Assembly: GCF_036917155.1 (NCBI RefSeq)
Contig: NZ_JBALDZ010000150.1
Span: forward strand, 12,699-76,698
Direction of reading: 5' to 3'
DNA from: Nostoc sp.
GTDB taxonomy: Bacteria > Cyanobacteriota > Cyanobacteriia > Cyanobacteriales > Nostocaceae
DNA: 64,000 nucleotides
The translations under genes were made by a program, and so were the position numbers. Positions 42,586 to 54,482 of the stretch are shown here, piece by piece (the stretch's first letter is position 1; the number at the start of each line of letters is the position of its first letter). Below the pieces are notes generated by a model. The model saw only the letters and a program-made list of their open reading frames with translations. It ran no database searches and was not told where the DNA came from.

Positions 42586-43008
42586 ATGACTAATACAGTT
42601 GAATCCCTGTTTGATACAGGTTTAGAACGCTATAAAGCTGGAGAATCGGTAGAATCTTTAATCCCTGTGTTTAAAGAAGTGTGCGATCGCGCTCCTAAAA
42701 CTAGTGCTGCTTGGGTTTGTTTAACGTGGTTGTATTTACTTGATAACAAACCCAACCTGGCTTACAAAGCTGGACAGAAAGCAGTCAAGTTAAATCCACA
42801 AGATCCCCAAGCCAGAATAAATCTCGCCCTAGCAATGCTAGAAACAGGTCAAAAAGGTTTACGGGAACACATTGACATAGCACAACAGTTGATTTTTGTC
42901 AATGAAGAATGGAGTGATGAAATAAAAAATAGTATTGAAGACGGTTTAAGTAGAAAACCAGATTGGCAGAGTTTGAAAAAAGTCAAAAATTGGTTGTTTG
43001 AAGAATGA
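42586..43008 (+). CDS. TPR-like protein
   Basis: AVKLNPQDPQARINLALA TPR pattern. Confidence 0.8.
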   Translation: MTNTVESLFDTGLERYKAGESVESLIPVFKEVCDRAPKTSAAWVCLTWLYLLDNKPNLAYKAGQKAVKLNPQDPQARINLALAMLETGQKGLREHIDIAQQLIFVNEEWSDEIKNSIEDGLSRKPDWQSLKKVKNWLFEE

Positions 43009-43135
43009 TGATTGGGTACTAGGGATTGGGGACTAGGGACTAGGGAGAATTTATTCAAGTAAGTCTCTAAGTTGTCTCTTCCCAATGCCCAATGCCCAAT
43101 GCCCAATGCCCAATGCCCCACTCTCAACTCGAATC

Positions 43136-43381
43136 ATGAAAGATAAATTGTTAAATTGGCTAAACATGGCTTTAGTCGCAGATGTTTTTTTGGTTTTGTT
43201 TGGCTTTGGCTGGTTAGCGATCGCTGCGATCGGTGATGCCGTAGGAGTAAACCTGGGCTTGGATTTGTGGCATCAACTGTGGCAACCCTTATTTAACCCA
43301 GCGATCGGCATCCTCATGGGCGGTGCCATTCTCAGCGGTATTATCAGTTGGTTTTCCAAAAAATTTCTTTCTAGTCAATAG
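43136..43381 (+). CDS. Small two-TM hypothetical protein
   Basis: Starts at MKDKLLNW; two hydrophobic helices; the upstream extension in the track is STRR. Confidence 0.75.
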   Translation: MKDKLLNWLNMALVADVFLVLFGFGWLAIAAIGDAVGVNLGLDLWHQLWQPLFNPAIGILMGGAILSGIISWFSKKFLSSQ

Positions 43382-43586
43382 ACTGGGGACTGGGAATTAG
43401 GTACTGGGGACTGGGTAATGAAAAAGAAGCAGATTAGCAAGGGTAAAATTTCTCTCCTCTGCGCCTCTGCCTGTCTTGCCCAATCCCCAGTCCCCAGTCC
43501 CCATTCCCCAGTCCCCAGTCCCCAGTCCCCAGTCCCCATTCCCCAGTCCCCATTCCCCATTCCCCAGTCCCCATTCCCCAGTCCTT

Positions 43587-44507
43587 TTAATTAAGAATTT
43601 GTGTTAATGCTGATTGCAAATTAGGATATTTGTACTCAAAGCCAGTTTCTACAGTGCGTTTTGGGATGACTTGCTGACCTTCTAAAACTACTATAGCTCC
43701 GTCTCCTAAAAGAGCTTCGATCGCAAAAGCAGGAACAGGCAACCAAGAAGGGCGATTCATAACTTGTCCCAAAGTTTGGCTTAAATCTGCCATCCGAACT
43801 GGGTTAGGGGCAGTGGCATTGTATATACCTTCTATTTCCGATTTACTTAAAGCTTGCAAAATCAGGTTAACTAAGTCGTCTACATGAATCCATGAGAACC
43901 ACTGACGCCCGCTGCCAATAGGCCCACCCGCGAAGAGTTTGAAAGGCGGAATCATCTTACCTAAAGCACCACCATTGCCCAAAACAATCCCAAAACGCAG
44001 AATTACTAGCCGTACACCACTATCTTTTACCTTTGTTGCCTCTGCTTCCCAGGCTTGGCTGACTTGGGCTAGAAAATCGTTACCAGATAGACTGGTTTCA
44101 TCAAAGGTGGCTGTTTCACTGGTGCCGTAGTAACCAATAGCCGAAGCGTTAATTAAGACTGTTGGTTTGGGGTTAGCGTTAGCTATTGCTTCAACTATTT
44201 TTTGTGTGCCTAACTTTCGACTATTGAGGATTTCTTGTTTGCGTTCAAGTGTCCAACGTCCTTCACCAATGGGTTCTCCTGCCAAATTAACTACACCATC
44301 ACAACTAGCGATGACACTTTGCCAAGAACCAGATGCATTTGGTGTATAGGCAACAATTTCTATATTGGGAAAAGCCTCAGATGGAAAAACCTTTTGAGCA
44401 AAGGCGGTGTTCCGAGTTAATACTACGATCTTATGACCTTTAGCGTGGAGTCGTTGTACCAAAAGATTACCAACAAATCCTGTTGCTCCAGTAATTGCGA
44501 CTTTCAT
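43587..44507 (-). CDS. thyD: TIGR01777 family NAD-dependent epimerase-like protein (ThyD)
   Basis: ITGATGFVG, VVNLAGEPI, ASAIGYYG and SWIHVDDL motifs. Confidence 0.85.
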   Translation of the reverse strand: MKVAITGATGFVGNLLVQRLHAKGHKIVVLTRNTAFAQKVFPSEAFPNIEIVAYTPNASGSWQSVIASCDGVVNLAGEPIGEGRWTLERKQEILNSRKLGTQKIVEAIANANPKPTVLINASAIGYYGTSETATFDETSLSGNDFLAQVSQAWEAEATKVKDSGVRLVILRFGIVLGNGGALGKMIPPFKLFAGGPIGSGRQWFSWIHVDDLVNLILQALSKSEIEGIYNATAPNPVRMADLSQTLGQVMNRPSWLPVPAFAIEALLGDGAIVVLEGQQVIPKRTVETGFEYKYPNLQSALTQILN

Positions 44508-44692
44508 TTTCTATCTCAGCCAAACCTTTATTGTAAAGTTTTTGATCAAGCTTTCAGCTTACGGCACTTTCCCTATCCATAGAACAGATGTTGGTCATGC
44601 CTGATCTCAAAAACTTTGCTTTGTTAATGACTATCTGTTTAGATGCTTCGGTATTATAGGATGGACGGAGTGTTGCAAGGCGTGGGGCTATT

Positions 44693-45040
44693 ATGGCTCG
44701 CTATACCTGTTCATTTGTTGTTTCTGTTCCTAGTGACCATCTGTTGCCGTTACTTGTAGAACTTCTACAGGACTGTCAGTTGGATATTCAATACCACACG
44801 GGCGATTACATTATCGCTCGTCAAGTTCCTGGCAATGTTCCTTTTCCTAAATTGGTAACAGTAGAAGTACTGATTGACAAATCAAAATCTACTGAAACAG
44901 AAACCCGGATGAGTATTGTGATTAAAAACGAAGAACTACCACTTCAACTAGATAATTACTGCCGACAAATGTTTGAATTTATCAAGCAGGCTATTGAAAG
45001 TAGCCGCCATTGGCATTTGATTGAAAGTCTTGCAGGATAG
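44693..45040 (+). CDS. Conserved hypothetical protein
   Basis: 115-aa ORF with KNEELPL motif; function not recognised. Confidence 0.7.
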   Translation: MARYTCSFVVSVPSDHLLPLLVELLQDCQLDIQYHTGDYIIARQVPGNVPFPKLVTVEVLIDKSKSTETETRMSIVIKNEELPLQLDNYCRQMFEFIKQAIESSRHWHLIESLAG

Positions 45041-45122
45041 CTTTGGTGATTTAATTGACACTTCCACTACTTAAAGTTGTGGGAATGTCAGACTGTGATT
45101 GTTAGTGATTGGTAGTTATAAT

Positions 45123-45563
45123 TCACTCTCCTATATCCTCTAAATCCTCGGCCATACCGGGGTTTATTAGTGTAATGTCGTATTCACTCGAATCCGTTTG
45201 TCCCAAACGCTGAGTATTTCTTAAAAGGTAATAAATGGCACGTACTTGAGGGCCAAAAACGATCTCGTCTTCATTTCTGAGATCGTGGGCTGGTATCTTG
45301 CGTCCATTAATCATCAAACCGTTAGAACTAGGCTTACCTTTGACATCGCCATCTACAATCCGGTAATAGTAGCTATGACTATTATGCTCTCGTGGCAATC
45401 TCACTAATGTGGCATGGCGGCGGGAGACAAACTGCGACATCAAACGGATATTACATTCGCGATCTCTACCGATAGAGTAGACGGGGTGCTCTAGAGAAAA
45501 TTCTTTGCGACCTTGATCGTCTTCAATAATCAGTAGATGGTTTTCATTGGTTTCTGCTGCCAT
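45123..45563 (-). CDS. FHA domain protein
   Basis: IGR, VSRRHA and SSNG motifs. Confidence 0.9.
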   Translation of the reverse strand: MAAETNENHLLIIEDDQGRKEFSLEHPVYSIGRDRECNIRLMSQFVSRRHATLVRLPREHNSHSYYYRIVDGDVKGKPSSNGLMINGRKIPAHDLRNEDEIVFGPQVRAIYYLLRNTQRLGQTDSSEYDITLINPGMAEDLEDIGE

Positions 45564-45791
45564 TGACAAATCGGTGAAACTATGATTAATCAAGATTTGT
45601 TTAGTATCGTATCCTGTCATTTTCGCGCACCATAAATCTGTGGTGCTGATCTAAATAAGCTTTAAAATTGCATGATACCTTGAAAGAGTAGAACATATCC
45701 GTTCTACTCCAGTAGCTATGATAGCTTTGGTAAGTGTCTAAAAAAGGTTTGTGAGCCGATAAAACTTGAGTACCGACTCAGTTTAACTTTA

Positions 45792-46081
45792 GGGAACTCC
45801 AAGAAATAAATTATCCAATATTGTGGGGTGGGCATCTTCCCGAATTTCTCACTAATAGGGTGGGGAAGTGTGGGAGGTGTGGGAGGTGTGGGAGGTGCTG
45901 CGTTGTACAAAGCGCTCGATATAAAGCGCCCATTCTCAATTCCTCCTCATTCTCCCCACACTCCCCACACCCCTCAATTTCTCGCTTGTGAGAAATTGAG
46001 GATCTTGCCCGCCTTATGGACTGGGCAGGCGAGATGCCCACCCCACAAGAGTTAATTGGATATTTTTTATTTGGAAGTTCC
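45792..46081. mobile_element. MITE-like element with an inserted 10-mer repeat block
   Basis: Imperfect TIRs flanked by TTA; subterminal TTGTGGGGTGGGCATCT/AGATGCCCACCCCACAA; internal (GTGTGGGAG)n. Confidence 0.65.
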
Positions 46082-46136
46082 TTATATGGGAATTACCAAG
46101 ATTGGTGCTGGGAAATTTTACGTGTAAAGGAGTATT

Positions 46137-48614
46137 CTAAGGGTGATGAGCTAATCGCCGTAATAATATTGAGTTGGTGACGACGCTCACAGAGCTAAAA
46201 GCCATTAGTGCAGCAGCACCAGATGGGTTCAGGACAAAACCCAGACTAGGGAATAAAACACCTGCTGCTAAAGGAATGCCAACTGTATTATATGCAAAAG
46301 CCCAAAATAAATTTTGGCGGATTTTGTTGAAGGTGGCACGACTCAGCTGAATAGATTCGACGACATCGTTTAAGCGATCGCGCATTAAAATAATTTCAGC
46401 AGTTTCCATCGCCACATCTGTCCCAGAATGTAAAGCAATTCCTACATCTGCTTGAGATAAAGCTGGAGCATCATTGATTCCATCTCCCACCATTGCTACA
46501 ACGGATTGGGGATTGGGAATTGGGGATTGGGAATTGGGAAGAATTTTTCCTAGTCCCCAGTCCCTAGCCCCCAGTCCCCCCTTCTGAAGAGACTGTATTG
46601 CAGCCGCTTTTTTGGCTGGGGGAACACCTGCGATGACATCAGCGCTGTCTAATCCTAGTTGTTTAGCTATGGCACTAGCGGCTTCTGGGCGATCGCCACT
46701 GAGCAACATTACCCGTAAGCCCATCTGACGCAATTTATCTACGGTGGATTGGGCATCTGGTCTGAGGGTATCAGAAACACCAATTAATCCGGCTAAAGCT
46801 CCCCCAATTGCTACACAAACGACTGTTTTACCATTTGTTGCCAAATCCTGTGCTACCTGTTGTGCAGTTTCACTAATGGGAATGCCGTGCCAACTCAACC
46901 AGTCCCAGTTACCCAATAGCACAACTGTGTTATCCACCACAGCAGATACCCCTAATCCCGGTTCCGTATGAAAGTTCACAGCTTTTGGAATAGATAACTG
47001 TTGTCGCTGTGCTTCTTGCTGAATCGCTTTTGCTAGAGGGTGGTGAGTACCGCTTTCTACGGCTGCTGCTAGTTGGATTAGGGATTGGGAATTTTCAGTG
47101 CCCAGTCCCCAGCCCCCAGTCCCCAATCCCTCAATTAACAGACAATCTGTGACGATAGGATTACCTGTGGTTAGAGTGCCTGTTTTATCAAAAACTACCG
47201 TGTCTAGTTGGTGTACTTTTTCTAAAACGTCGCCACCTTTGATTAACAGACCCCGTTCTGCACCCATAGCAGTGCCGACAAGAATGGCTGTTGGTGTAGC
47301 AAGTCCTAAAGCACAGGGACAGGCGACTACCATCACTGCGATCGCTAGTTTTAAACTAATTAATAAAGGGGAGTGGGGAGCTTCATCTGTAGTGTGGCTC
47401 ATCATTTTCATACCACCAGACATGGTGATATCAGTCCAGATGTGAGTGCCGAAAAAGTACCAAAAGACAAATGTTAATAAAGATGCTGTTAGCACCCCGT
47501 AGGTGAAATAACCTGCTACTGTATCTGCTAATTTTTGTACTGGGGCTTTCCGAGTTTGGGCGGCTTCTACTAGGGCGACAATTTGAGCTAGAGTTGTATC
47601 ACTTCCAATACGGGTTGCCTGAATAGCGATCGCTCCTGATTGGTTTAGTGTCCCCCCTGTCACCATATCCCCTGGTTGCTTAATTACTGGCACGGCTTCC
47701 CCAGTCAGCATTGACTCATCGACTGTTGTTTGACCAACAACCACTTCACCATCAACGGGGATTTTATCACCTGGCAGCACTTGTAACCATTCACCGACAC
47801 GCACCTGTTCCGCAGGAATTTCTATACTAGAAGAACCCACTCCAACTTTATCTGGATTGGCAATCAATCGCGCTAAGAGTGGCTGGAGTGCTAGCAATTT
47901 CCTAAATGCGGCGGCGGCGCGACCTCTAGCTTGTTGCTCTAATGTCCTTCCTAAGAGAATAAAGCCCAACATCATTACTGGTTCGTCAAAGAAGCACTCC
48001 CAACCCATTTTGGGAAAGAGTAGTGCTACTAAACTAGCAATGTAGGCTGTGAGTGTTCCTAATCCCACTAGGGTGTTCATGTTGGGTGCATTTCGCCGCC
48101 ACCCCAGCCAGCCATCTACTAAAATCGAGCGACCGGGAATTAATAGCGCCACTGTCGCCAGTCCACAGTGAAACCAGATGTTATTTAGCACTGGTAGCAT
48201 TGAGCTACCAAGATTACCAAAATGTCCACTTCCCGACAATAATAGCAACACCGCAGCGATCGCTAACTGTCTTACCGAAGATCGCATTTCGCGGCGTTGG
48301 CGTTCTGCTGGGTCTGGTAGGGTAGATATCTCACCTGCTACTGTGCCACTAGCTTTTCGGGGTTGAGTCGGGAATCCAACGCCTGTTAATCGCTGTGCCA
48401 GTGCATCTGCATCTACTGCACCAACTTCTGACTCTATAACTGCTACCTCTGTGGCCAGGTTTACACAGGCACTCTTAACTCCTGGATGTTGGGTTAGCTG
48501 TCGCTCTACTGCATTCACACACCCAGCACACTTCATGCCCCCAACATCGAGAATAATTTTCTCTAGAATTGGTTCAAGTTCTGGGGCTAGCTTAGTTTTT
48601 GGGACAAGTTGCAT
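46137..48614 (-). CDS. ctaA: Copper-translocating P1B-type ATPase (CtaA-like)
   Basis: [26 protein letters not shown] and YN motifs; two STRR-derived insertions. Confidence 0.85.
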   Translation of the reverse strand: MQLVPKTKLAPELEPILEKIILDVGGMKCAGCVNAVERQLTQHPGVKSACVNLATEVAVIESEVGAVDADALAQRLTGVGFPTQPRKASGTVAGEISTLPDPAERQRREMRSSVRQLAIAAVLLLLSGSGHFGNLGSSMLPVLNNIWFHCGLATVALLIPGRSILVDGWLGWRRNAPNMNTLVGLGTLTAYIASLVALLFPKMGWECFFDEPVMMLGFILLGRTLEQQARGRAAAAFRKLLALQPLLARLIANPDKVGVGSSSIEIPAEQVRVGEWLQVLPGDKIPVDGEVVVGQTTVDESMLTGEAVPVIKQPGDMVTGGTLNQSGAIAIQATRIGSDTTLAQIVALVEAAQTRKAPVQKLADTVAGYFTYGVLTASLLTFVFWYFFGTHIWTDITMSGGMKMMSHTTDEAPHSPLLISLKLAIAVMVVACPCALGLATPTAILVGTAMGAERGLLIKGGDVLEKVHQLDTVVFDKTGTLTTGNPIVTDCLLIEGLGTGGWGLGTENSQSLIQLAAAVESGTHHPLAKAIQQEAQRQQLSIPKAVNFHTEPGLGVSAVVDNTVVLLGNWDWLSWHGIPISETAQQVAQDLATNGKTVVCVAIGGALAGLIGVSDTLRPDAQSTVDKLRQMGLRVMLLSGDRPEAASAIAKQLGLDSADVIAGVPPAKKAAAIQSLQKGGLGARDWGLGKILPNSQSPIPNPQSVVAMVGDGINDAPALSQADVGIALHSGTDVAMETAEIILMRDRLNDVVESIQLSRATFNKIRQNLFWAFAYNTVGIPLAAGVLFPSLGFVLNPSGAAALMAFSSVSVVTNSILLRRLAHHP

Positions 48615-48749
48615 GGCAAGTGTTTAGATTCGCTACAGAAATTCAACGCCTGACTAAAAGCGTCTCTAATTTGAGCGTAGGCGAAATATCGGACTACGAC
48701 TGAACGTCAACCATATTAAAATTATTAATTTATCGTACTTCGCTGAGGG

Positions 48750-48929
48750 TTAACGACGGCTCCAGCGTAGATAAGTTATGTAAATAATAGCTCCAACCTG
48801 TATTGGCATCAGCGCAATTAGGCTTTTTAAAAAATAGTTGACTTCCAAATTAGACATAGCACTGAAATATCCTAAGCCCAACACAAGGAACATCACCGAG
48901 GTAAGATGTTTAGGTTTAAGAGTCAGCAT
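48750..48929 (-). CDS. Small membrane hypothetical protein
   Basis: 59-aa ORF with two TM helices, from MLTLKP. Confidence 0.5.
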   Translation of the reverse strand: MLTLKPKHLTSVMFLVLGLGYFSAMSNLEVNYFLKSLIALMPIQVGAIIYITYLRWSRR

Positions 48930-49123
48930 ATCAGTATAAATAAGTGCTGTATATACAGCAGGGAATAGGGAATAGGAAATAGGAAACAGGGTTGAAAGTG
49001 TCTTGGTATATGGCTTTTTTATTAGATTTTTTACCAATTTACACGGATCAAATTTGCTGGAAAACTAGTGACGTACTCCACACACTCCCCTTTGGGTGAG
49101 TGTGGGATGAATTTTTGTTTAAG

Positions 49124-49399
49124 CTAAAACCAGCCCTGCTTTTTCACAAAGTAGGTATTTACGAATTTTTCAGGGGACTGGTTCAAGTAGATCATGCCTT
49201 CAACTAAACCTACAAGCTGCATAACTAACAAGGCAATGCCGTAGGTGAAAGAACCCCCAACTACAGAAATTACCAACATGATCAAGCCTTCCACAGCGTA
49301 TCCTAGAATAAACTTATGAACCCCAAATGCTCCCAGGATAATGCCACAGTAACCAGATAGAAGTTGCTTGGTGGGGTGACTGGGGTTGAGATTTGCCAT
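49124..49399 (-). CDS. TM2 domain protein
   Basis: GIILGAFGVHKFILGY motif and KKQGWF terminus. Confidence 0.88.
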   Translation of the reverse strand: MANLNPSHPTKQLLSGYCGIILGAFGVHKFILGYAVEGLIMLVISVVGGSFTYGIALLVMQLVGLVEGMIYLNQSPEKFVNTYFVKKQGWF

Positions 49400-50001
49400 A
49401 TAAGTGTTGCTCCTTGATAAGTGAGTATAAAAATAAAGTCTTTATTGTAATGAAAGCAAATACGTTTACTTACTTAAATAAATAGATTTTTAATTTTTTC
49501 AGTATGAGTCAGCCTCAAGACGAATAACCAAAATCAGCGTGCTTCTATTCCAGAGGGAACGCTAAGTCTTGTGGCATAGCCTGAAAATCTGGCGCTCCTT
49601 CATCACTTTTGATGGATTTGACGATCGCAACTCTGGTGCAGCAGTTTTGCAGATTTTTAGGTAAGACATTTATCTTGAGAACAATGAACCTCAATAATCA
49701 GCAAAAGCTGCTACATACACAACTTTTTACAAGTCCATCAGTATTATTTCCGGATTTTTTTGGCAATCGCTAGCGGGTATGAAACGCCATCGCACCAACA
49801 GACCAACTGTGTGGCTAGTAGGAGCCTAGAAGCACAAGATGCATCTTCCACTTCTTTCTAACCCCTTTTTAGTTGCCGATCTCCACTTCGATGAGCGCAA
49901 AACGGAATTGCAATCCAATTTATGACAGCTAAAAATGGTTCGGGAAGACAATTAACATCTCGAAAATGGCTAAAATCATCCGAATGAGAATAAATGCTTA
50001 A

Positions 50002-50098
50002 CTAGTACAACATGGCGTAAATAAACCACCCATTTAAAATAGCCAGAAAGCTTACAAAATAAGCATTCTTTCTTTTTACTTTTGCCTTCTTGTACTAG
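50002..50098. mobile_element. MITE-like element with CTAGTACA ends
   Basis: CTAGTACAA...TTGTACTAG. Confidence 0.5.
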
Positions 50099-50265
50099 AT
50101 AGTTTGTTGCCTATGTTAACAGCATTCTTTGATTTGCTTTTGCCACGATCTCAATTTGGTTTTCAGCCACTATTTATGCTTGAACCAATTGTAAGTAGTT
50201 AATTGTCTCTACTTATGGAGATAAAAGCAAATATTTTGGTTTTGATCAACAGTACTATATTAGTA

Positions 50266-51840
50266 TTAATTACTACCTAAAACAAATAAGCTTAATAGTG
50301 TACCACTATTCCAGAGGCTATGGAGGAGCATCGGGGCGAGGAGGTTACGCGATCGCGTGTAAACTACTCCCAAGACAATCCCCAATGCGGTGAGGGGAAG
50401 AATTTCTGACAAGCTGAGGTGAGCGATCGCAAATAACAAACTACTGAGCAGAATCGATCCCCATACGGGTAAGTAACGAGTCAGAGAGGGTAACAAAAAA
50501 CCGCGAAACAGAATTTCTTCAAAAAATGGGGCTGCGATCGCGGCTGTGGAGAAAAATATGCCAAGTGCTACACCATCTTGGCTTTCTAGGGCTAGTTGCA
50601 ACAGAGGATTACTACCACCTTGTCCTTGCCATAGCTGTTGATTAATCAAAGATACCACCACAACTATAGGTAAAGCCGTGCAATAGCCTCCCAGTCCCCA
50701 CCAAAACCAATTATCTTGAAAACGGAAGCGAAACCAGAATTCTGGTAATGGAAAAAAGCGCTTGAGAGAGAAATACAGCACTAACAGCGCACCTAATGCC
50801 ACCAATAGGTAACTAACCAAGACAGAAAACGCCTGAAGTCGCACATCCACAATGGGACGTGGGATAGGTAGCACCGATATTACCAAGGGTACAAAAATTT
50901 GCCCCATGAAGAAAAAGCCGATGATAAAAACCTGCAAAACCGTTTCACCATCCCAAGGCGTTGACCAAGAGATATCAGCATTTTGAGCTAATAACGAGGC
51001 TTTTCCTTTCAACAAGCGTTGAGCAAATAATAAAATCAGCAGTATTAAACCAATTAAAGCTGCCAAGGTGGGAATAGTGCCAATAACCGCCAATTTCACC
51101 ATCGCTTGAGCCGATGATTCTTGTTGTGCAGCTTTTACAGTTGATAAAGCGTCTTGTCGTTGCTGGAGTTGATATAGCTTAACCAAAGCATTAGAGCGAA
51201 ACCAACCTTCTAAATTCCTTTGAATTGGTTCTTGAGCATTTGGGAGGAGACGAGGAGGATTGCTCCACAGTCCACTTAATACAGCAGCGGTTTGTCCAAA
51301 TTCTGGATTGATATTTGAGCGTTGTTGTAATTCGCTCCAAGTTTTGAGAGCTGTATCCGTCTGTCCTTGCTGTGCTTGTAAAATTCCCAAGCGCAAGTCT
51401 AATTCAGCGAGTAATTTTTGTAATTGCTTGAGGGATTGCTGTAACGGTTGTTTTCCCTGTCTAGAGGTTTTAGTCGGGGGAGGAAGGTCTGGTAGAGGTT
51501 TCGGAGGTGTGGGAGTGATTTCAGCTTGAGAGCGTAATTGTGCAAGTTTATTGTTAACTTTGTCTAAATTAGCTTGAACTGATTGACGCGCCTCCTGATA
51601 CTGCTTTGTAGCATTTTCCAGGGGTTGCTCACCAAGTATTGCTTCCCGAATCGACTGGAGATTGTCATTGTTGCTATCTTCTGATTGCCAAGCTTGAGCT
51701 TGTAGAGCAATATTGGTTTGGTATAGTTCCAGGCGACTTTGAAACTGAGGTTCTTGCCAACTACCAAATAAAGCCGAAACTGCCAACAGAACTGCTATCG
51801 GCGTCAGTACAAAAAATAAAACCAATCGCTTGAGTGTCAT
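50266..51840 (-). CDS. CPBP (CAAX/Abi) family intramembrane metalloprotease
   Basis: EEILFRG, FAIAH and HSLWN motifs. Confidence 0.92.
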   Translation of the reverse strand: MTLKRLVLFFVLTPIAVLLAVSALFGSWQEPQFQSRLELYQTNIALQAQAWQSEDSNNDNLQSIREAILGEQPLENATKQYQEARQSVQANLDKVNNKLAQLRSQAEITPTPPKPLPDLPPPTKTSRQGKQPLQQSLKQLQKLLAELDLRLGILQAQQGQTDTALKTWSELQQRSNINPEFGQTAAVLSGLWSNPPRLLPNAQEPIQRNLEGWFRSNALVKLYQLQQRQDALSTVKAAQQESSAQAMVKLAVIGTIPTLAALIGLILLILLFAQRLLKGKASLLAQNADISWSTPWDGETVLQVFIIGFFFMGQIFVPLVISVLPIPRPIVDVRLQAFSVLVSYLLVALGALLVLYFSLKRFFPLPEFWFRFRFQDNWFWWGLGGYCTALPIVVVVSLINQQLWQGQGGSNPLLQLALESQDGVALGIFFSTAAIAAPFFEEILFRGFLLPSLTRYLPVWGSILLSSLLFAIAHLSLSEILPLTALGIVLGVVYTRSRNLLAPMLLHSLWNSGTLLSLFVLGSN

Positions 51841-52038
51841 CTATCCCCCTTTGACTAACCAGTGAGGAGCGCGTCCCCCTTGGGAATTATCGCAATAAAA
51901 AGTCACGTTGTTTCGCTCCGAATTGAACTCCTCCTAATTTGGAGTCACTGAAATCTTGTACCCTGCGGGAAGCTGACGCAACAGTGAAGGTCGATTTTAT
52001 TCTTAGCAACCGACTTTAGATGTTGTTTTCCAGCTAGT

Positions 52039-52854
52039 TTACAACTCTTCTGCTTGGGGAAGTGGGAAGATTTCACCAGCCAAGTATGCTTGAAAGTGCT
52101 TTTGGAAGTATAACCAGGAAGTCATATCTTCGCCATCTATCAATGCTTTTGGGGCTTTTTTATATAGAGGAATACGGTTATTAATTTCGTCTTGCAGCAC
52201 TGGGGGCAGTTCTATTAAACCATTGACTTTGCTACCAACAGCACTGTAGATAAGTTGACCGGGGCGATCACCCATTTTCATCCAAGGAAGCCATTGACCA
52301 ATTCTATCCCAACTCAGTTTGAGTTCAGAAACAGAGGAAAGTGCTGGATTGAATAAATCTGTGGTTGGCACTGTTAATTTAAACAATTCCGCTGCCTGAT
52401 AAATTGGATTTGGGCTGTATTCGGCAAATTTGGGATCGCCTGCTAAGGGATTAGGGTAATGGGGAAATATATCAAAAACGAAGGTTGTGCTGTCACCATC
52501 TACTTGTGCGGGGAAATTTCCCTCAAACCTTCCCTGCACGGGATTATTGGCAACGTGAATCACCGGAACTGTCTCGCCTGTCCAAGGATTCTCCCATTTG
52601 GGTAAGATTTCATCTGTTTTTGGATTGAGGTAATAAGTTAGTTCCCTAGAAGTAAAATCCCAGCTACCTTCTGCTGTGGGGATACATCGGCTAACACTCA
52701 ATCCCAGGATTTTAAACAGGAGTTGTCTTTTCTCACCGGGGATAAAAGCGTAAATTTTACCTTTCCAAATCAGGAAAGTAGATTCGCTAGGGTCGAGGGA
52801 AGAACGAGTTTTAACCCAGTGCTGGGCTTCAAGTTCTTGGATTTGGGCAACCAT
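52039..52854 (-). CDS. DUF1838 family protein
   Basis: WENPWTGETVPVIHVANNPV and WLPWMKMGDRPG motifs. Confidence 0.75.
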   Translation of the reverse strand: MVAQIQELEAQHWVKTRSSLDPSESTFLIWKGKIYAFIPGEKRQLLFKILGLSVSRCIPTAEGSWDFTSRELTYYLNPKTDEILPKWENPWTGETVPVIHVANNPVQGRFEGNFPAQVDGDSTTFVFDIFPHYPNPLAGDPKFAEYSPNPIYQAAELFKLTVPTTDLFNPALSSVSELKLSWDRIGQWLPWMKMGDRPGQLIYSAVGSKVNGLIELPPVLQDEINNRIPLYKKAPKALIDGEDMTSWLYFQKHFQAYLAGEIFPLPQAEEL

Positions 52855-53297
52855 CTAAAGCATCCTTTGTATTTAGATAACAAAAGAATAAGCTATCAGC
52901 ATTCAAGTTGCATCTTTAGAAGTTGGGGAGGTGGGGAAATAATTGAGTAGGGACAATGCCAATGACCAATGCCCCATAGCCGAATGGCACTAAGGAACGT
53001 GGATTAAATAAAATGCAAAACTCCATCCTGTCTCTAGCTTCTCTCTCCTTTATAAGACAATACAGTTCAGAATGAGCAACAAAACACTTGTAGAGACGGC
53101 GATTTATCGCGTCTCGAAAACCCAAAATTGTTGTCAGTAGCCCTTAACCCAAGCGTATTGCTTTATAAGAAGAGGGATTGAGGGTGAGGTAAACCAGGGA
53201 CATAAATTGTTATATATTATTTAATTCTTATTCCTTAGTAATTCTGCTCTTATTTTCGCCCTGCCCCACAGAACCCCATGCCCAATGCCCAAATCAA

Positions 53298-54482
53298 TTA
53301 AACTGGTTCAGAAAATTGCTCATCCAGACGGCGAAACAAAAACACCCAAAGTGGTAGGGAACTATTAATCGCAATCAGTCGCACTAAATGACCCGTTGTC
53401 ACAATTTCAACATTATGATTCAATGCTAGAGAAACCAGAATCATTTCTGCCGATCCTCCTGGTGCTGTGACTAGCAGACAGGTTAACCAATCCCAAGAGG
53501 TTAATTGCATCGCAAGTATAGCAGCGATCGCTCCGGCTACGAAGGTCATGCCTACAGATATCAAGGCATAGCCAACAGTCTGCTTTCTAAAGTTGGGTTT
53601 GTCTCCCCAATATTCACCAATGGTAATTCCCAAGAGCATTTGACCCAATAAGTTAATTAAGGGCGGCGGACTAAAGCTAATATCACCCACAAAAGGCAGC
53701 GAATGTAGCAAAGGATTAAAACCGATACCAATCAACAATGCACCAAAGAAATCACCAGCAGGAATTTTAAACAATATCGCTGGATAAACTACTAATCCAG
53801 TGATTACCAGTACTAACAAGAGTAGTTCTAGTTGAGATGGATCGACATTGAGCCAAGTACTGTTGATTGAGAGTGTTTGAGGATAGTAACTACCCGCTGA
53901 TGTCCTAGCGATGAAGGGAATTAGAACAACTACAGAGGTGACGCGAATCGCCTGAACTAGGGCAACCAAGCTAACATTTTTATTGTAATCGGCGGCGATC
54001 GCTGCCATAATTCCCACACCACCTGGAACTGTAGCCAGCATTGCTGTCAATAGGTTGGTTTTGCTGATGCGGGAGTAAATGTAACCAATACAGCTACCAC
54101 TCAGCAGCAGAAACAAGGTAAGAAAAATAAAAATGGGAATACTAGAAGCAACACTAGCTAGATTAGCGTGGGTATTAGAAGCGCCAACAGTTAAGCCGAC
54201 AAGTGCCATTCCGACTTTTCTAGCAGTGCGGTTAGGTTGGGGGGAATATTGATAAAGAATTCGATACCCTTGAAGAACCAGTGTACCAGCGGCAATCCCG
54301 CCGAATATCCAGGCAATCCTGCCAATTTGGAACTTGGCGAGGAGTAAACCCAGAGGTAATGCCAGAAGCATTTCCAAGACAATGACAATTAGTTGCTTTG
54401 CAAATAACTGCTGTTTGGTAACAATCGGATTTTTATGAGTATGTTCTTCCAGGTTGGGAGTAACACTTGGGCTTTGATTCAT
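53298..54482 (-). CDS. AbrB family membrane protein (putative ammonia monooxygenase family)
   Basis: Duplicated PGG motif (TVPGG, TAPGG) in a multi-TM protein. Confidence 0.82.
   Translation of the reverse strand: MNQSPSVTPNLEEHTHKNPIVTKQQLFAKQLIVIVLEMLLALPLGLLLAKFQIGRIAWIFGGIAAGTLVLQGYRILYQYSPQPNRTARKVGMALVGLTVGASNTHANLASVASSIPIFIFLTLFLLLSGSCIGYIYSRISKTNLLTAMLATVPGGVGIMAAIAADYNKNVSLVALVQAIRVTSVVVLIPFIARTSAGSYYPQTLSINSTWLNVDPSQLELLLLVLVITGLVVYPAILFKIPAGDFFGALLIGIGFNPLLHSLPFVGDISFSPPPLINLLGQMLLGITIGEYWGDKPNFRKQTVGYALISVGMTFVAGAIAAILAMQLTSWDWLTCLLVTAPGGSAEMILVSLALNHNVEIVTTGHLVRLIAINSSLPLWVFLFRRLDEQFSEPV

Noticed and set aside
45716..46055. Three short ORFs in the FHA/ATPase spacer (also 42368-42565, 42849-43127 and 43375-43560)
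   Set aside because: They are translations of tandem repeats or MITE sequence
53298..54482. AbrB-type DNA-binding regulator or antitoxin
   Set aside because: The protein is an integral membrane family member that shares only the name
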